In this document: one piece after another, positions 39,979-51,300 of the stretch | How the letters are laid out: the number at the start of each line of letters is the position of its first letter | How positions within the stretch are numbered: the stretch's first letter is position 1 | Assembly (NCBI GenBank): GCA_973895155.1 | Contig: OZ316899.1 | Coordinates: 10,629,135-10,693,134, forward strand | Direction of reading: 5' to 3' | From: Marsupella aquatica | Taxonomy: Eukaryota > Plantae > Marchantiophyta | DNA length: 64,000 nucleotides | Position numbers and translations under genes: made by a program | The notes under the pieces: generated by a model | What the model was told of the DNA's origin: nothing | The model's database searches: none | What the model saw: only the letters and a program-made list of their open reading frames with translations

Positions 39979-40125
39979 TGTTATAACCCATAATATGACT
40001 TAACCCTAGTATAGGATAGGTTAACATTAACCCAACCATGTTAACCCTTCTGGACTATATAAGTCCTTGGCATAATGGAAGTGAGTGGGGATTATTGACT
40101 ACTATCATCTTGTGTATTCATAACA
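39979..40125 (+). repeat. Copia 3' LTR
   Basis: TGTTAT...ATAACA followed by TSD TTAAA. Confidence 0.95.
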
Positions 40126-41331
40126 TTAAAGAATTTTCTGCATATTTTCATGTATGACAGACCTACAACATGAGTGGAGGTTTCTGTTAGACTCTCCTCC
40201 ACTATCCCACCTAGCTCAACAACTATGGACTTGTACAGTCTGCACTTAGTCTCCCCAATTCCTTCTTCTGCAAATACCACACTGAACCCCTTCATAATGG
40301 TATTTCTCTCCTTGCCATGCTCATTCAATATAGCATCTGCACGCATAGGATGGTGTCCTATGTTGACAACAGGTCCATATTGGACAAAAGCAAAGTTGGG
40401 TTTCTCTGCCGCTGCTTCATAGGCTTCCTTTTCAGCCAAAGCCTCAGCAGTGGCCTCCTCACTCTCCCACAACTCATATTGCTCAGTACTCTGTACACAC
40501 CTATGTTTAACAGAATCAGTCAGCCAAGAGACTTCAACTACTTTTAGACCTTGGTTGGTAATGGCAGAATCAACGAAGGACCATGACCACTTGTTCATCA
40601 CATCCAGCCATGTCCCCGCAACAACATGTGTAGTCTGTGGAGTGATGTCCTTGACTTTAGTCCCATGGAACTCTGAAAATTGTTTTTGTATGATTGGCCA
40701 ACTCACTTGGGTGAACCCATAGTGGCCAGGAATCAAAATGGCTTTGATTCCAGCCAATAGAGGCGGGTGGTCAACCTTTGTACGTTTCCTAGAGGTCATG
40801 TACACACGGGCCACCTAATCACTGCAGACCGGAAGATAATGCGTTCACCTGATAATCGGAGGGCCCTTAAAATGCTGCGTTTATAACTTGGTCCAGTCCA
40901 GTCGTCTGGTGAGTCTCTGCTCCGATTCCAAACGGGAGAAATATTGGGACAAACGTACTAGACACCTGCAAGCATGCACCTCATAGTTTGAATATCTGCC
41001 TTCACAATATTGAAGGTGACAAGGGTTGGTACACTTTAAGGGAATTCTCGCAAATTAAATAGCCTTGTAACTTATATGCTCATAATGAGAAGTCCTGATT
41101 TAATTTAAGCAGTGTCATGTAAGTCGTGATCAAAATGATTGCAGAGTTAAAAAAGTTCCTAGAAGGCTTAAGGGGAGTTTTTGAAGGCATGTACCCAAGA
41201 ACAAGTAATGAACTTAGGGTACTTGTTGCCTAAGCATCCTCTCCTACAGAGGTCCTTCTTCTTAAAATTGGAATGTCTGCAATCTCCAAGGTATCCACAT
41301 CAGGTGCACTATGCATGTACATTATTCAGGT

Positions 41332-42012
41332 TCAAAGCCAAGAAATGTGATCTCTCATGGGAGTGTGCAAAGTAGGATCTATGGCATGGCGATGACAATA
41401 GAAGATCCATCGATCAACACCATGTGCAGAGTGATCATAGATGTGTCTGTCACAAGCATAGCCTTCTGCTTGACGCTCCTTCAAACAATGAAAGTGCCAC
41501 ATGGTGGGACACCTAACACAGTGGACTATGTCCACCCAGAAATCTTCATCGTGCTGACCACATGCCTTGCACTTATGAAGTGGGCAAGCTGTGGCAAGAT
41601 CGGGCAAACATGAAAAACAAAAGAACCTCACACAATATCTGTCAGGGCATTTCCTAACAAGTGGTGGAGCATCAACAGAGCCCTCATAAGACCCCAACTT
41701 CCCACACTGTGCACACTTAGCCTGCTTCTCCAAACAATCAGTGCACATCCAGCCTCCCTGGTGTGCTGACGGGAGGCCCACCCCTGGACAGTTGTTTTCT
41801 GCAACAAGGTCAGACTCCGGGTTGAGGTGGAAATGCCTCATGCAAGGGCCCTCACATATGGCTAAGCCCCCACCATCGTCACAAATGGCACAACAATGAG
41901 CTGCCTTCTGGAAAATCTGACTTGCGGAGAAGTTACTACCATCTGGCCCAACTACACCTGTGTTGCTCACCTCTGTCCCCTGCTTCTTGGCTCGGATTTT
42001 AGGGCGTGCCAT
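41332..42012 (-). CDS. EDM2-like composite PHD-finger protein (PHD module only, 226 aa), CACTA cargo, intact
   Basis: CAICDDGGGLAICEGPCMRHFH...CTDC..KQAKCAQCGKLGS...CPLHKCKAC...CVRCPTMWHFHCL...IFYCHRHAIDPTLHTPMRDHI follows the EDM2 PHD array, including the terminal YCxxHxIDxxLxTPxRDH motif. Confidence 0.88.
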   Translation of the reverse strand: MARPKIRAKKQGTEVSNTGVVGPDGSNFSASQIFQKAAHCCAICDDGGGLAICEGPCMRHFHLNPESDLVAENNCPGVGLPSAHQGGWMCTDCLEKQAKCAQCGKLGSYEGSVDAPPLVRKCPDRYCVRFFCFSCLPDLATACPLHKCKACGQHDEDFWVDIVHCVRCPTMWHFHCLKERQAEGYACDRHIYDHSAHGVDRWIFYCHRHAIDPTLHTPMRDHISWL

Positions 42013-42680
42013 GCCTACGCATGAGACATATAGTACAATTTAGCAGAGTGCACAGACAATACAATTTAGCAATGTACAAAAAGTACAGTGTAGCATATAG
42101 ACTAGAGTGGCAATTGCTACTGCAATGAAATGTTCACACACATGTGCAGAGTAGACATACTTTTTGGTTTGTTGAGCCCACTCTGAAAACTGATCCCCTA
42201 GTACAATAGCTCCACCTACACCTCAATTTTGTGGCTACGATTCACCAAAGGAGATCTGCAACAAGATTTAATGCATTTGAATCACATACAATAGTCGTGA
42301 CATGTAAAACAGGCATTTTTTGAACAGGATTGGTATCAAGCAGTGTGATCAGGGTTGTAATTTATACATCCTAAATAGGCTATGATAGTGAATGAGACAA
42401 ATAAGTTAGGCATAAATCACTTTTTCCAGGTTATCACATGGCCCATTAATTCCAGTCTTTGAAAGGAGACTTTTAAGTGAGCTTACTAGCCTCTTAAATT
42501 AGGATATTGTACTTAGTGCAGCCATAATAGGATAAGTTATGTACTGTTGACCCTAAACCCTGGACCCAAAATTGCTCATAATTCAAAATTTTAAGTAAAT
42601 ATCCTCTCTGTTCAAGTCAGAGTGTTAAGTTATAGGTCAATGGTCTCCTGGTCTGTGCATGCGGTGAGACAAGTGGTCCT

Positions 42681-43130
42681 CTAGAGCGTGTGATCCAAAC
42701 ATGTGTAGACACCAAAGGCACCGGTGTTGGGGTCTGGGAGGGCAGGACAAGTGACATTGCCAGGCACACTACAGGATGGCGAGTGGTTCCAGATGATACA
42801 TTGTGCTCTGTGCAAAAACCGACATCCAAGAGAACGGTCATCCAACTCTGGGCCAGAAGCCCTACAGGCAGGACAGTCATATTGGCAACTGTGCACACAC
42901 CCTTGGCACCTAATTTGTGGTGGGTCATGTACAAGAGACACAAATACCAAGGATGTCGGGAAGGGTACTGAAGTAGGTAGAGGCCGGCTGTAGTTGTTCC
43001 TGGCAAGAACAGAGTACTCAAAGTACCATGCAGACTGGGTTGGAAGGATCCCCAGTCTGACATACTCAAGGCGCAACATCTCTGCCTTGCGTGCAAACCG
43101 CACATGTTCAGCGTTGCGGGTCCTCACCAT
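42681..43130 (-). CDS. Cys-rich orphan ORF (149 aa), copy B
   Basis: 133/149 residues identical to 7752-8201 by manual count. Confidence 0.5.
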   Translation of the reverse strand: MVRTRNAEHVRFARKAEMLRLEYVRLGILPTQSAWYFEYSVLARNNYSRPLPTSVPFPTSLVFVSLVHDPPQIRCQGCVHSCQYDCPACRASGPELDDRSLGCRFLHRAQCIIWNHSPSCSVPGNVTCPALPDPNTGAFGVYTCLDHTL

Positions 43131-43379
43131 AAGTGTTGCTTTTGTTGTGATGTCCTCTGTTCACGTCCTTTGATGAGCAAGGCGAGCAGGAGGTCGACTT
43201 GCCTTGCCCACAGCAACCAACCTGCACTTATCAGTTCCCACTCACTAAATTGGTTCCAACTACATATTTCATGCTGAGTTCCTAAGACCAAGAGCATGTA
43301 TATAAAACCATGTTCCCTGACATGTACATAAATCATATTTGGATCCTGTTTTTTCATCCAGAAAGATCAAAAGTCTCAC

Positions 43380-43439
43380 CTTGCAAGTTGCAGCAAAGAG
43401 AAAACTCACTGGTTGTCGTGTTCTGCAAGTGAACCTCCA
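43380..43439 (-). other. Putative 60-nt leader exon, copy B
   Basis: CAG| ... AAG|GTGAG boundaries; matches 8502-8561. Confidence 0.6.
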
Positions 43440-43543
43440 CTGAGGTGGCAGAAAGCAGACAAAGCTTCAGGAAGATGGGAAAGAAAAAAAACTGCTCACA
43501 AGCTCAATTCATCCATGGCCCAGTTCAAGGCAAGACAGGCTAA

Positions 43544-43579
43544 AACATTCACAAAGAGTCAACTCTACACTTGGTTGTC
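43544..43579 (+). pseudogene. Ubiquitin fragment
   Basis: NIHKESTLHLVV; the run aaagagtcaactctacacttggtt is shared with the copy A fragment. Confidence 0.65.
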
Positions 43580-45931
43580 CATATCAAAATGCAGCACACA
43601 CCCTTCGCTTGCTATCCACACTATACTGACATGATCTGATCTGATCTGATCATGGTGTTCAGATGCCTGCGCTCCTGATGTGCACAACAAAGCACAGAGA
43701 GCAACAAAACTCCAGCAAAGTGGGACTCAAGCAAGAGATATGAATTTCAGGCAGTAGCAAAATCAAATGAAGTCAGATGCTACATAGCAATTAAGCACAA
43801 AGGCTACTTCATGTCTTTTTACATAGAATTTTGGATTGAAGTAATACCAAAATTGTGTTATCGGAAATTGTTCTACAAACGAATATCTAAAAGCAGGAAC
43901 TACGACGGAACACACAACAATCAACAAGAGCATTCAATGCAGCACAACAGAGAAACAAAGTACTACCAATGAAATGAAATACCAAAATTTAATACCAATT
44001 AACAGACTTAACAGTTACAAGCTCCAACAGCAACATACTGGCAAGAATAGCAAAGCAAACGACTGAGCAGTTGAGAAAAAAAGCACAATGAACAATGGTA
44101 ACCTTCCCTGTCTCCTCTCCAAATCTAAAACGGCCGGGCAGAAATACAGACATGTCAGTCAATGTGAAATTATACATGGACAACAAACAACAAATACAAA
44201 CTGCTATGCTGAGGCCACATGAAGCAACAATGCGAAGAGCAACTTAAAAAAAAGGGACCAGAGGATCAAACATAGCAGGATATATGGTGCCGATGGGTAA
44301 TATATGGGGTTTCAGCAGACTTGGGGCCAGTTTGAGGAGGATTAAGAAGCGCGCACCCCACGTTCTTGGGTGGTGGTTGGGTGGGGTTTTGTTTGATTGA
44401 AGAAGAAATCACCATTCTCTTCTGGACGACTTAAACAAAATTCCAGGAAACAGTGGACGGGACAACAAGGCATGTAATAGAGAACCACATGTAACAAGGC
44501 AATTTGCTTGTCTCACAAATAAACCTGACCAGATTTCTAAAGGAATTTTGCAAGACTGTACGCGCGCTCACAGCGCAGGGCAAATCAAACCACCAAATGC
44601 AGTAGAAGGAAAGCCCGAACTAGGACAAGTCAAACAAACCTGATAGGAAGAAACATGGACGTGAATGATAACAAACAAAAGACAGAAGACGAACAATAAG
44701 CTAAACTCTCACATGAGAAATGTGCAGCAGAAGGTAGGTTCAGAGCTTCACATTGGGCTACAAAAATGGAGAAACAGAGCTGAATGGGAACCTCAGCCAC
44801 GACAGCTTTGGAAGAAGCAATGAAGATCTTACGTTGAAGCCAAAATCAAAGGCAATTCATGTCTTAGCTTGGAATTTCCACTTCCCACAAAAGGACAGAG
44901 GACAACATCGAAAAGCCCACTCGAAAGCTGAACGCTAGAACACTGGAACACACTCAAACAGGTTTTGCAGGGATGGCTCTCTATCGGATCGGCTAGAGAA
45001 TCAGGCAGGCTTCCTATTACGGTCTGCTCAGAGCCTTACACTCTGGATTAGACTCTGAATCCAAACACGAGTCTACGCTTTCCGTTGCTGGTCACAGCGA
45101 TGGGCAATCAGGATGATGCCATGCCAAGTAGAAGAACAAGAAAGCATTCCATAAAAGGCACTAAGATGAACCGTATAGTAAAAGTGGTAGTACTTCCGGT
45201 AGCGCGACCGACTCGCTATGTGACAGTCCGGAAAAAAGCTGAAAGGCTGAAAGGCGATAGATTCCGTGCTCAATGTGACAGGTTTTTTGAAATGATCAAG
45301 CCAAGGTGCAAAGGAAAACTGATTGAAGGTGACATGGGAAAGTTGTCAATGCAGGAGAAACTCTTGCCTTAGAGTAACCTTGTAACCAGGTAACAATGCA
45401 GGAGAAACTTTTGCCTTAGAGTGCTCGACGCTCCTTCAGCTGGATAGGGGCAGCTCCAAGTACACGGTCTGGTCCAATCATCGCCTGCTTTGTTACAAGA
45501 AGGTGGACTAAGCCACAGCTGACGTCAATCACGCTGTAAAAAATGGACAGATGAGCCATGTCACGGAAGCATATAGTCATTCCTCAATATTAAACGAGAC
45601 TATGAGAGGGCATATATAAGTTCACGACCAGGAAAGAGTCTCACCTTGCAGCACAGAGATTCTCAAAGCGCACCAAGATGAGTCCTTGTAGCAGGTGAAT
45701 GTTGGGCGGTGTCATGTAAGGCGCAAATCAATAGCTCGCTACCTCCTGTCTCCCCGTCTGTCTCCCGTGCACTTCTGCCTCCCCGTCCAACTTCCAGTCT
45801 GTCTCCCACGTACTTAAATTGAAGTTTTAACAAACACTATCAACACCAAGTGCAGCAAATGCCAACATATTCACACTACAGAGCATAAAAGTAGTCACAG
45901 TTCATGAATCAGTTCCCTATCGAATCATGGG

Positions 45932-46434
45932 CACTACGCCAAGCACCGCGCAAGAGACTAGGATAGACACTGCAAACATGGGGACTTTTGTTTGGCAAGA
46001 AATCTGGACATCAAACCTTCAGCAGCGACAACGGGAAGCATTACATCAGACGAGTGGACATCAAATGAGCAGTCCGATTATAGGCAAATGGCGACTGACA
46101 TAGCGGAGGGAAAAAATGTGCATTGACATAGCGGACATGCGCGCATTGACATAGCGGAGGGGAGCAAAACTACATAAGCCAAGTGACCTTTTTAAGGCCC
46201 ATAATTTCAAGGGGAGGGACAAAGAGAGCAAGCACTCCAATCTCTTCAATCCCTTCCGCAAGTAGCCGCCAAAATCTACTTCTTGGGGTCCAGCCCACGG
46301 ATGTAGATCATGCAAGGTGGTCAATCACAATAAGTGTAATCACTACGCCGAGCACTGCGCAAGAGACTGGGACAGAGACTGCAAACATGGGGACTCACAG
46401 GCAAGAAATCTGGACATCAAACCTTCAGCAGCGA
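45932..46434. repeat. ~95-bp direct repeat pair (45932-46028 and 46341-46434)
   Basis: cactacgcc...gcaagaaatctggacatcaaaccttcagcagcga occurs twice. Confidence 0.85.
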
Positions 46435-46931
46435 TCGATGGGCTTTAATTCACAGGTCGCCCGGCTTGGTCCCTTGTTGCAGCTCGCCCAGCTCCACAAC
46501 ATCATAGACAAGGAGTTTGCAGGTCCAGTTTCCACCACGCAGCGTTAGCAAAACGAAAATGCTTGATCTTCGTCCTCCGCCCTCCGCCCTCCGCCCTTTG
46601 CCCGAACCCCAAAATATCACAAGCGCAGCTCCAACGTCCAACCGGCAACCCTCCCCCGAGCTTTGTTAGACAAAAATCAGCACAGCACAACTGAGCTCGA
46701 CGGAAATAAGCTCAGCACCCACCGCAGCTGAACAAAGCTCACACAAGAGCTCATACGGGAGCTCGCTGTGGGAGTAAAAGAAAAATAGGAGGGCCGATGG
46801 CAGCCTGCAACTCCCACACCCTGCTTCTTCACAACTCTGGCGAGCTCCTTTGCAACTCCAATGCAAACTACTATCCACAATTGTAAATGCACATCGATCA
46901 GCCAAACCTAAACCCTCCCACTGAGCTCAGA

Positions 46932-47042
46932 CTCCCGCGCAGCACTCCCGCAGTAGCACTCCTGCAACAGCACTTTGCACAGCACTCCCGCAGCACATTG
47001 CACAGCCTCCCGCAACACTTTGCACAGTGCTCCCGCAGCTCC
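46932..47042. repeat. Minisatellite of short cagcactcccg / cactttgca motifs
   Basis: Interleaved degenerate 10-14-bp units near the presumed CACTA promoter. Confidence 0.75.
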
Positions 47043-47529
47043 TGGAGACCTGATTGAAGCCTTGATTGCACACTCTTGAGGCAAAACAGCAGCGCAACCT
47101 TGCTAAACCCCTCGACCCTCTCGCCCTAAACGCTGAATGGCAGACACTAACCGCAACATTCAACGTTGAGCCTCGATACTTTGTGAGAAAAGTAAAACAC
47201 GACTGAAAGGCGCGAGGGTGAAAAGGGTGCAAAGAGCCGTTTGGCGCCAACCTTACTATGACATGGCAGCCCCTAGAGTGATCTCAGCCATCCGGATGAA
47301 AAGAGATTGCCTTGAGTGATCTCGACCATCAATATGCAGGTTTCATGTTAACCCCAGACGCCCATTCCCTCTACTTCAAGTGTCTAAATTAATTACACTC
47401 CAAGCCTTGTCTAGCCCCTAAAAAACTAGTGCTAAGTCATGACTACTCGGCCCTCTCAAAGTATAGCCCAACAGAGTAAACTTCCAATATACGACTTTTT
47501 GATGGTGGGGATCGATGGACTCCATCCAA

Positions 47530-48030
47530 TGGTCCCTAAACCCCCCATCCCCTTAACCCTAAACCCCCCACCCTTGACATCTCAACCCTCCACCCTTGAC
47601 ATATAAACCCCCCCTAAACCCCCTTTAGTGAAAACTCAGCCACCCCCACACCTTGACATATAAACCCCCTAAACGTCTTGACAACTCGACTGTGGCCAGA
47701 CTGTTTTTGCAATGCCACGGGCCGTTTTAGAGCGCCGCTTGCAAGCTCAAGATCAATGAAGCATGTTGCCTCCAGCTCTCCAAATCCTCCCAAGGCAGCA
47801 AACAAGTTAGGGTCCACGGTCCCTGTTCGTTTACCCTAAATCGCTGCGTCACTATTTCAATTGAGTGTTCTCTGACCCTAAACCCTCTTTACTGACCCCC
47901 ACCCCCTTGAGACCTAACCGGCCCACCCTTGGCATATAAACCCCCCTAAACCCCTTTAGTGGTGAACCCCCACACCCTTTGCATGTAACCAGCCCACCCT
48001 TGAGCCCTAAACCCCCCCAAACCCACTATG
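47530..48030. repeat. CACTA-B subterminal repeat region
   Basis: Multiple cacccttgacat / ataaacccccctaaacccc motifs within 1 kb of the TIR. Confidence 0.7.
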
Positions 48031-48337
48031 GAGTATATTCAACGCCGTTTGTCCGTGTTCAAGTTAGCGGGATGTTGGTAAAGAGGTCGTCAAATGAATT
48101 GTGCCCCCCCCCATATGCCCATTATCAAATTAAAGCCCACAACTAAACCCTACAACCCATCATGTGCTAGAGTGTTCATACATTCACAAAGAAGGGTACT
48201 TTTCATAGTCTTAATATCCAAAACCAAAAAGCACTCACAGTCTTTTGTAGTGTTCATGTGAACCGTGGCAATGGTTTCGAGTCATTTAAGGTTGCCAAAA
48301 AGGACTTCGTGGCCTTAGTCCTACTTGGTCTAAATTG

Positions 48338-48355
48338 CCCCGGTTTCTACTAGTG
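48338..48355. repeat. Right TIR of CACTA-B
   Basis: ccccggtttctactagtg followed by TSD GAA. Confidence 0.95.
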
Positions 48356-51300
48356 GAAAGGGGTTGAGGACTGATAGTGCCGACTCTGGTCCAGGTCTGG
48401 AAAATGACATGGCACTTTGCTGAAAAGAGTGGACCGGCGGAGTGCTCGTTCCTTAGCTCCTTGTGAAGGGGAAGACACGATGGATAATGGAGAGGATGAG
48501 CCACTCAAATGTGCAGAGTCTAACTTGGGAAGGGATAAGTTGGAAGAAGAATTGGAAAGACAGTACTCGTCTATGGCCGTGCTTGTATACTCGAGTACCA
48601 AATACAAGACGGTCGACTAGAAGGTGAGGCCGGTGGCGATACCTTTGCCGGATGATGCGATGGAGGTTATGGATCAAACGAGATTGGAACCGAGGCTGAG
48701 GCCAACTGATTGGATAGGGCATAAGTTTACTCAAGAGAGTTTGGCAAAGCTTAAGATTGGTTTGGATGGGTTACTTACAGAGGTGGAGCAAGTCGCATTT
48801 CAAAAAATAATAATGGAGCATGGCAAGGCATTCTCATTTTTGATTGAGGAAATTGGTTGTGCGGATCCGAGTAAGGTGACACCAATGGTCATCTTTACTA
48901 TCCCTCATGTTCCGTGGGATCTGAAACCAATTTCTGTTCCGCGGGTTTTGGCTCCAAAGCTTGCAGAATAACTTAAGGAGAAGCTGAGTGCTAGGATTCT
49001 CAAGAGGTCTGATGCTCCCTACTCAAACAAATGGTTTATAGTGAGGAAGAAAAATGGAAGCTTGAGGTTCATTCAGGATATGCAACCTCCAAATAAGGTG
49101 ACCATCGGGAATGTGGGAGTTGGCCACTCGTGGATGAGTTTGCGGAGGAGTTCGTTGGGAGGGCGATCTACTCCATGGGTGATTTGTTTTTGGGTTACGA
49201 CCAGTTCCAGTTGGCACAAGAGAGCCGAGACATTACGACTATGAGGACCCCGTTGGGCCTCTTGAGGATGTGCACTCTTCCTCAAGGGGCGACGAACTCG
49301 GTAGCGCACATTCAAAATGCGATGAGTAAAATCTTGGAACCGTTCATTCCAGAAAAGGCAAGGCCGCTCATTGATAATGTCCCAATTAAGGGTTGCTTGG
49401 CCAAAGGGAAGGATGAGACCTTGAGGAGTGATGGGATCCGATAGTTTGTGTGGGATCACATTACTGATGTTAAGGCGGTTCTCGAGAAGCTGATCGATGT
49501 GAGAGTCACTCTTTCAGGGGAGAAGTCTGAATTCGGGATGAAAGAGGTGAAAGTCGTTGGGCAGATGTGCAGATCTTATGGAAGGAAGCCAAACATGGAC
49601 AAGGTGAGAGCTATTAGCAAGATGAAGGATTGCAAATTGGTGCCGGAAGTTTGGAGGTTTCTGGGTGCTTGTGTCTTCTACAAGATCTGGGTCCCTCACT
49701 TCTCGCACCTGGCGGACCCGCTCTATGAGCTGCTGAGGAAGAAGGTTAAGTGGAGATGGTTACCCAAGCATAGTGAAGCAATGGCCAAGCTTAAGAGCGC
49801 TCTCATGAGCCTGCCAGTTCTCCGAGCTGCGGACTATGAGAGCGAGCAACCACTGATCATGTCCGTTCGCAGCCGGGTGGGCTGTTGGGCAAGATGACAA
49901 GAATGGGGAAAGGTATGCTATCAGATTTGGGGTGAAAATTTTTACGGAAAGGCAAAGGAGATATGCCCAAGTTAAGAGGGAGATTTGGGGTGCCAAAGTG
50001 GCACTCCATCAGGAGAGGAACTATTTGATTGGGGTGCCGATGGTGGTTGAGACTGATTGCCAATCGCTGTTGGGAATGATAGCAAACTGTGACATGCCTG
50101 ACATAGCAATGCTCAGGTGGATTGCTTTCATTTGGATGTTCAACCCTTAGCTAAGTCACATTGCGGGAAAGGATAATCCGGTTGTCGACATGCTGTCAAG
50201 GGCGAGGTTTGGAAATGAGGTAGCAACGAGAGTTGGCAAGGTGACCGGAACCAAAAGTGTTGGAAGTCTAGAGTTCAAGGAAGAACTCTACTCGGGAGAG
50301 TTGTTGGATATCAGGCATTACATTAGCACTTTGGAGAAGCAACCAGAGTGGAGTTACCAAGAGTTTGTCAAGATCCGGAAGAGATCTTACAAGTTCCTAT
50401 TGAGGGAGGGCTACTTGTGGCGAAGGCATATGGACCCAAGTCAGTTGTTAGAGAGGGTTGTGGATACTAAGGATGAGAAAGATTGAATTCTCAAAGAGTG
50501 CCATGATGCTGACATGGCTGGGCACAAAGGGGTGCATTCAACTTACGAGAGGGTTTGAAAGTTGTATTGGTGGCCAGGTTTATACTTGGCCGTTCGAGAC
50601 TATGTTGAGACCTGCAAGATTTGTTAGTTTTACTCGAGGATCGGACATAGGGATGGATTGGTTCCAACTTACCCCGTTGGCTCTACACTTTCAATGGGAT
50701 GTTGATGTGGTGTACATGCCGAGAGAGAGCAATGGGGCGAGATACTTGGTTTTGGCGAGAGAAGACTTGTCTTCTTATGTGGAAGGGAGAGCGTTGGCTT
50801 TGAACACTACTGCTGCCATTTTCCAGTTTATACTTGAGGACATCATTGCAAGGCATGGATGCTTTACAAGGATCAGAGCTGATAGGGGGAGCTCAGCTCT
50901 AAGGAAGCGCAAGAGTTTTTCAACCAATACCGCATCAAACTGAAGCTGACTTCGAGTTACAATCCAAAAGGCAATGGGAATCTAAAAGGGGGCATATTCA
51001 CATTGTGAGCGCTTTGGCTAAGGCTTGTGATGGGGACTTGGGCAGGTGGTTGAGTCTTCTTCCACTTGCTCTGTTAGCGGATCGGATGACTTGTAGCTCA
51101 GTGACCGGATACGTTCCGGCTGAGCTACTTACTGGCCACTTGCCAATGATGCCACTAGAGGAAGATGTTTGTAGCTGGCAACTGATTGGTTGGAAAGATG
51201 AAGTTTCAAGAGAGGAGTTGCTGGTTTGAAGGATCAAACACTTCAACTTGTTACCTACAAAGATTGAGGTGGCTTGAAAGCAATTGAAGATGACAAGGTT

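Larger units (their letters stand above)
34386..40125 (+). mobile_element. Ty1/copia LTR retrotransposon, Bianca-like lineage, full length
   Basis: TG..CA LTRs of 146/147 bp, TSD TTAAA (34381-34385, 40126-40130), PBS CGTTATCAGCGCG (34532-34544, Bianca-type internal tRNA-Met match), PPT aaggggaag before the 3' LTR. Confidence 0.95.
34242..40814 (-). pseudogene. Tandem BRCT cargo gene, copy B, split by the copia (40126-40814 plus 34242-34380)
   Basis: Removing the copia and one TSD restores the frame ..ICRKFFKTIVCHFVMNNNLWVLSPDWLLESTARGKRQNAWDFDIFEAWPSKI*, matching copy A. Confidence 0.9.
25272..48355 (-). mobile_element. Complete CACTA (En/Spm) transposon, copy B (23,084 bp including a 5.7-kb nested copia)
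   Basis: Perfect 18-bp TIR CACTAGTAGAAACCGGGG at 25272-25289 and 48338-48355. 3-bp TSD GAA at 25269-25271 and 48356-48358. Splits a gypsy pol. Confidence 0.96.

Noticed and set aside
40092-40814. 240-aa BRCT ORF as a complete gene
   Set aside because: Its C-terminus reads into the copia LTR; the true end lies at 34242-34385.
46095-47042. CRISPR-like repeat/spacer array
   Set aside because: Repeats are short, degenerate and irregularly spaced; eukaryotic TE context with no cas genes.
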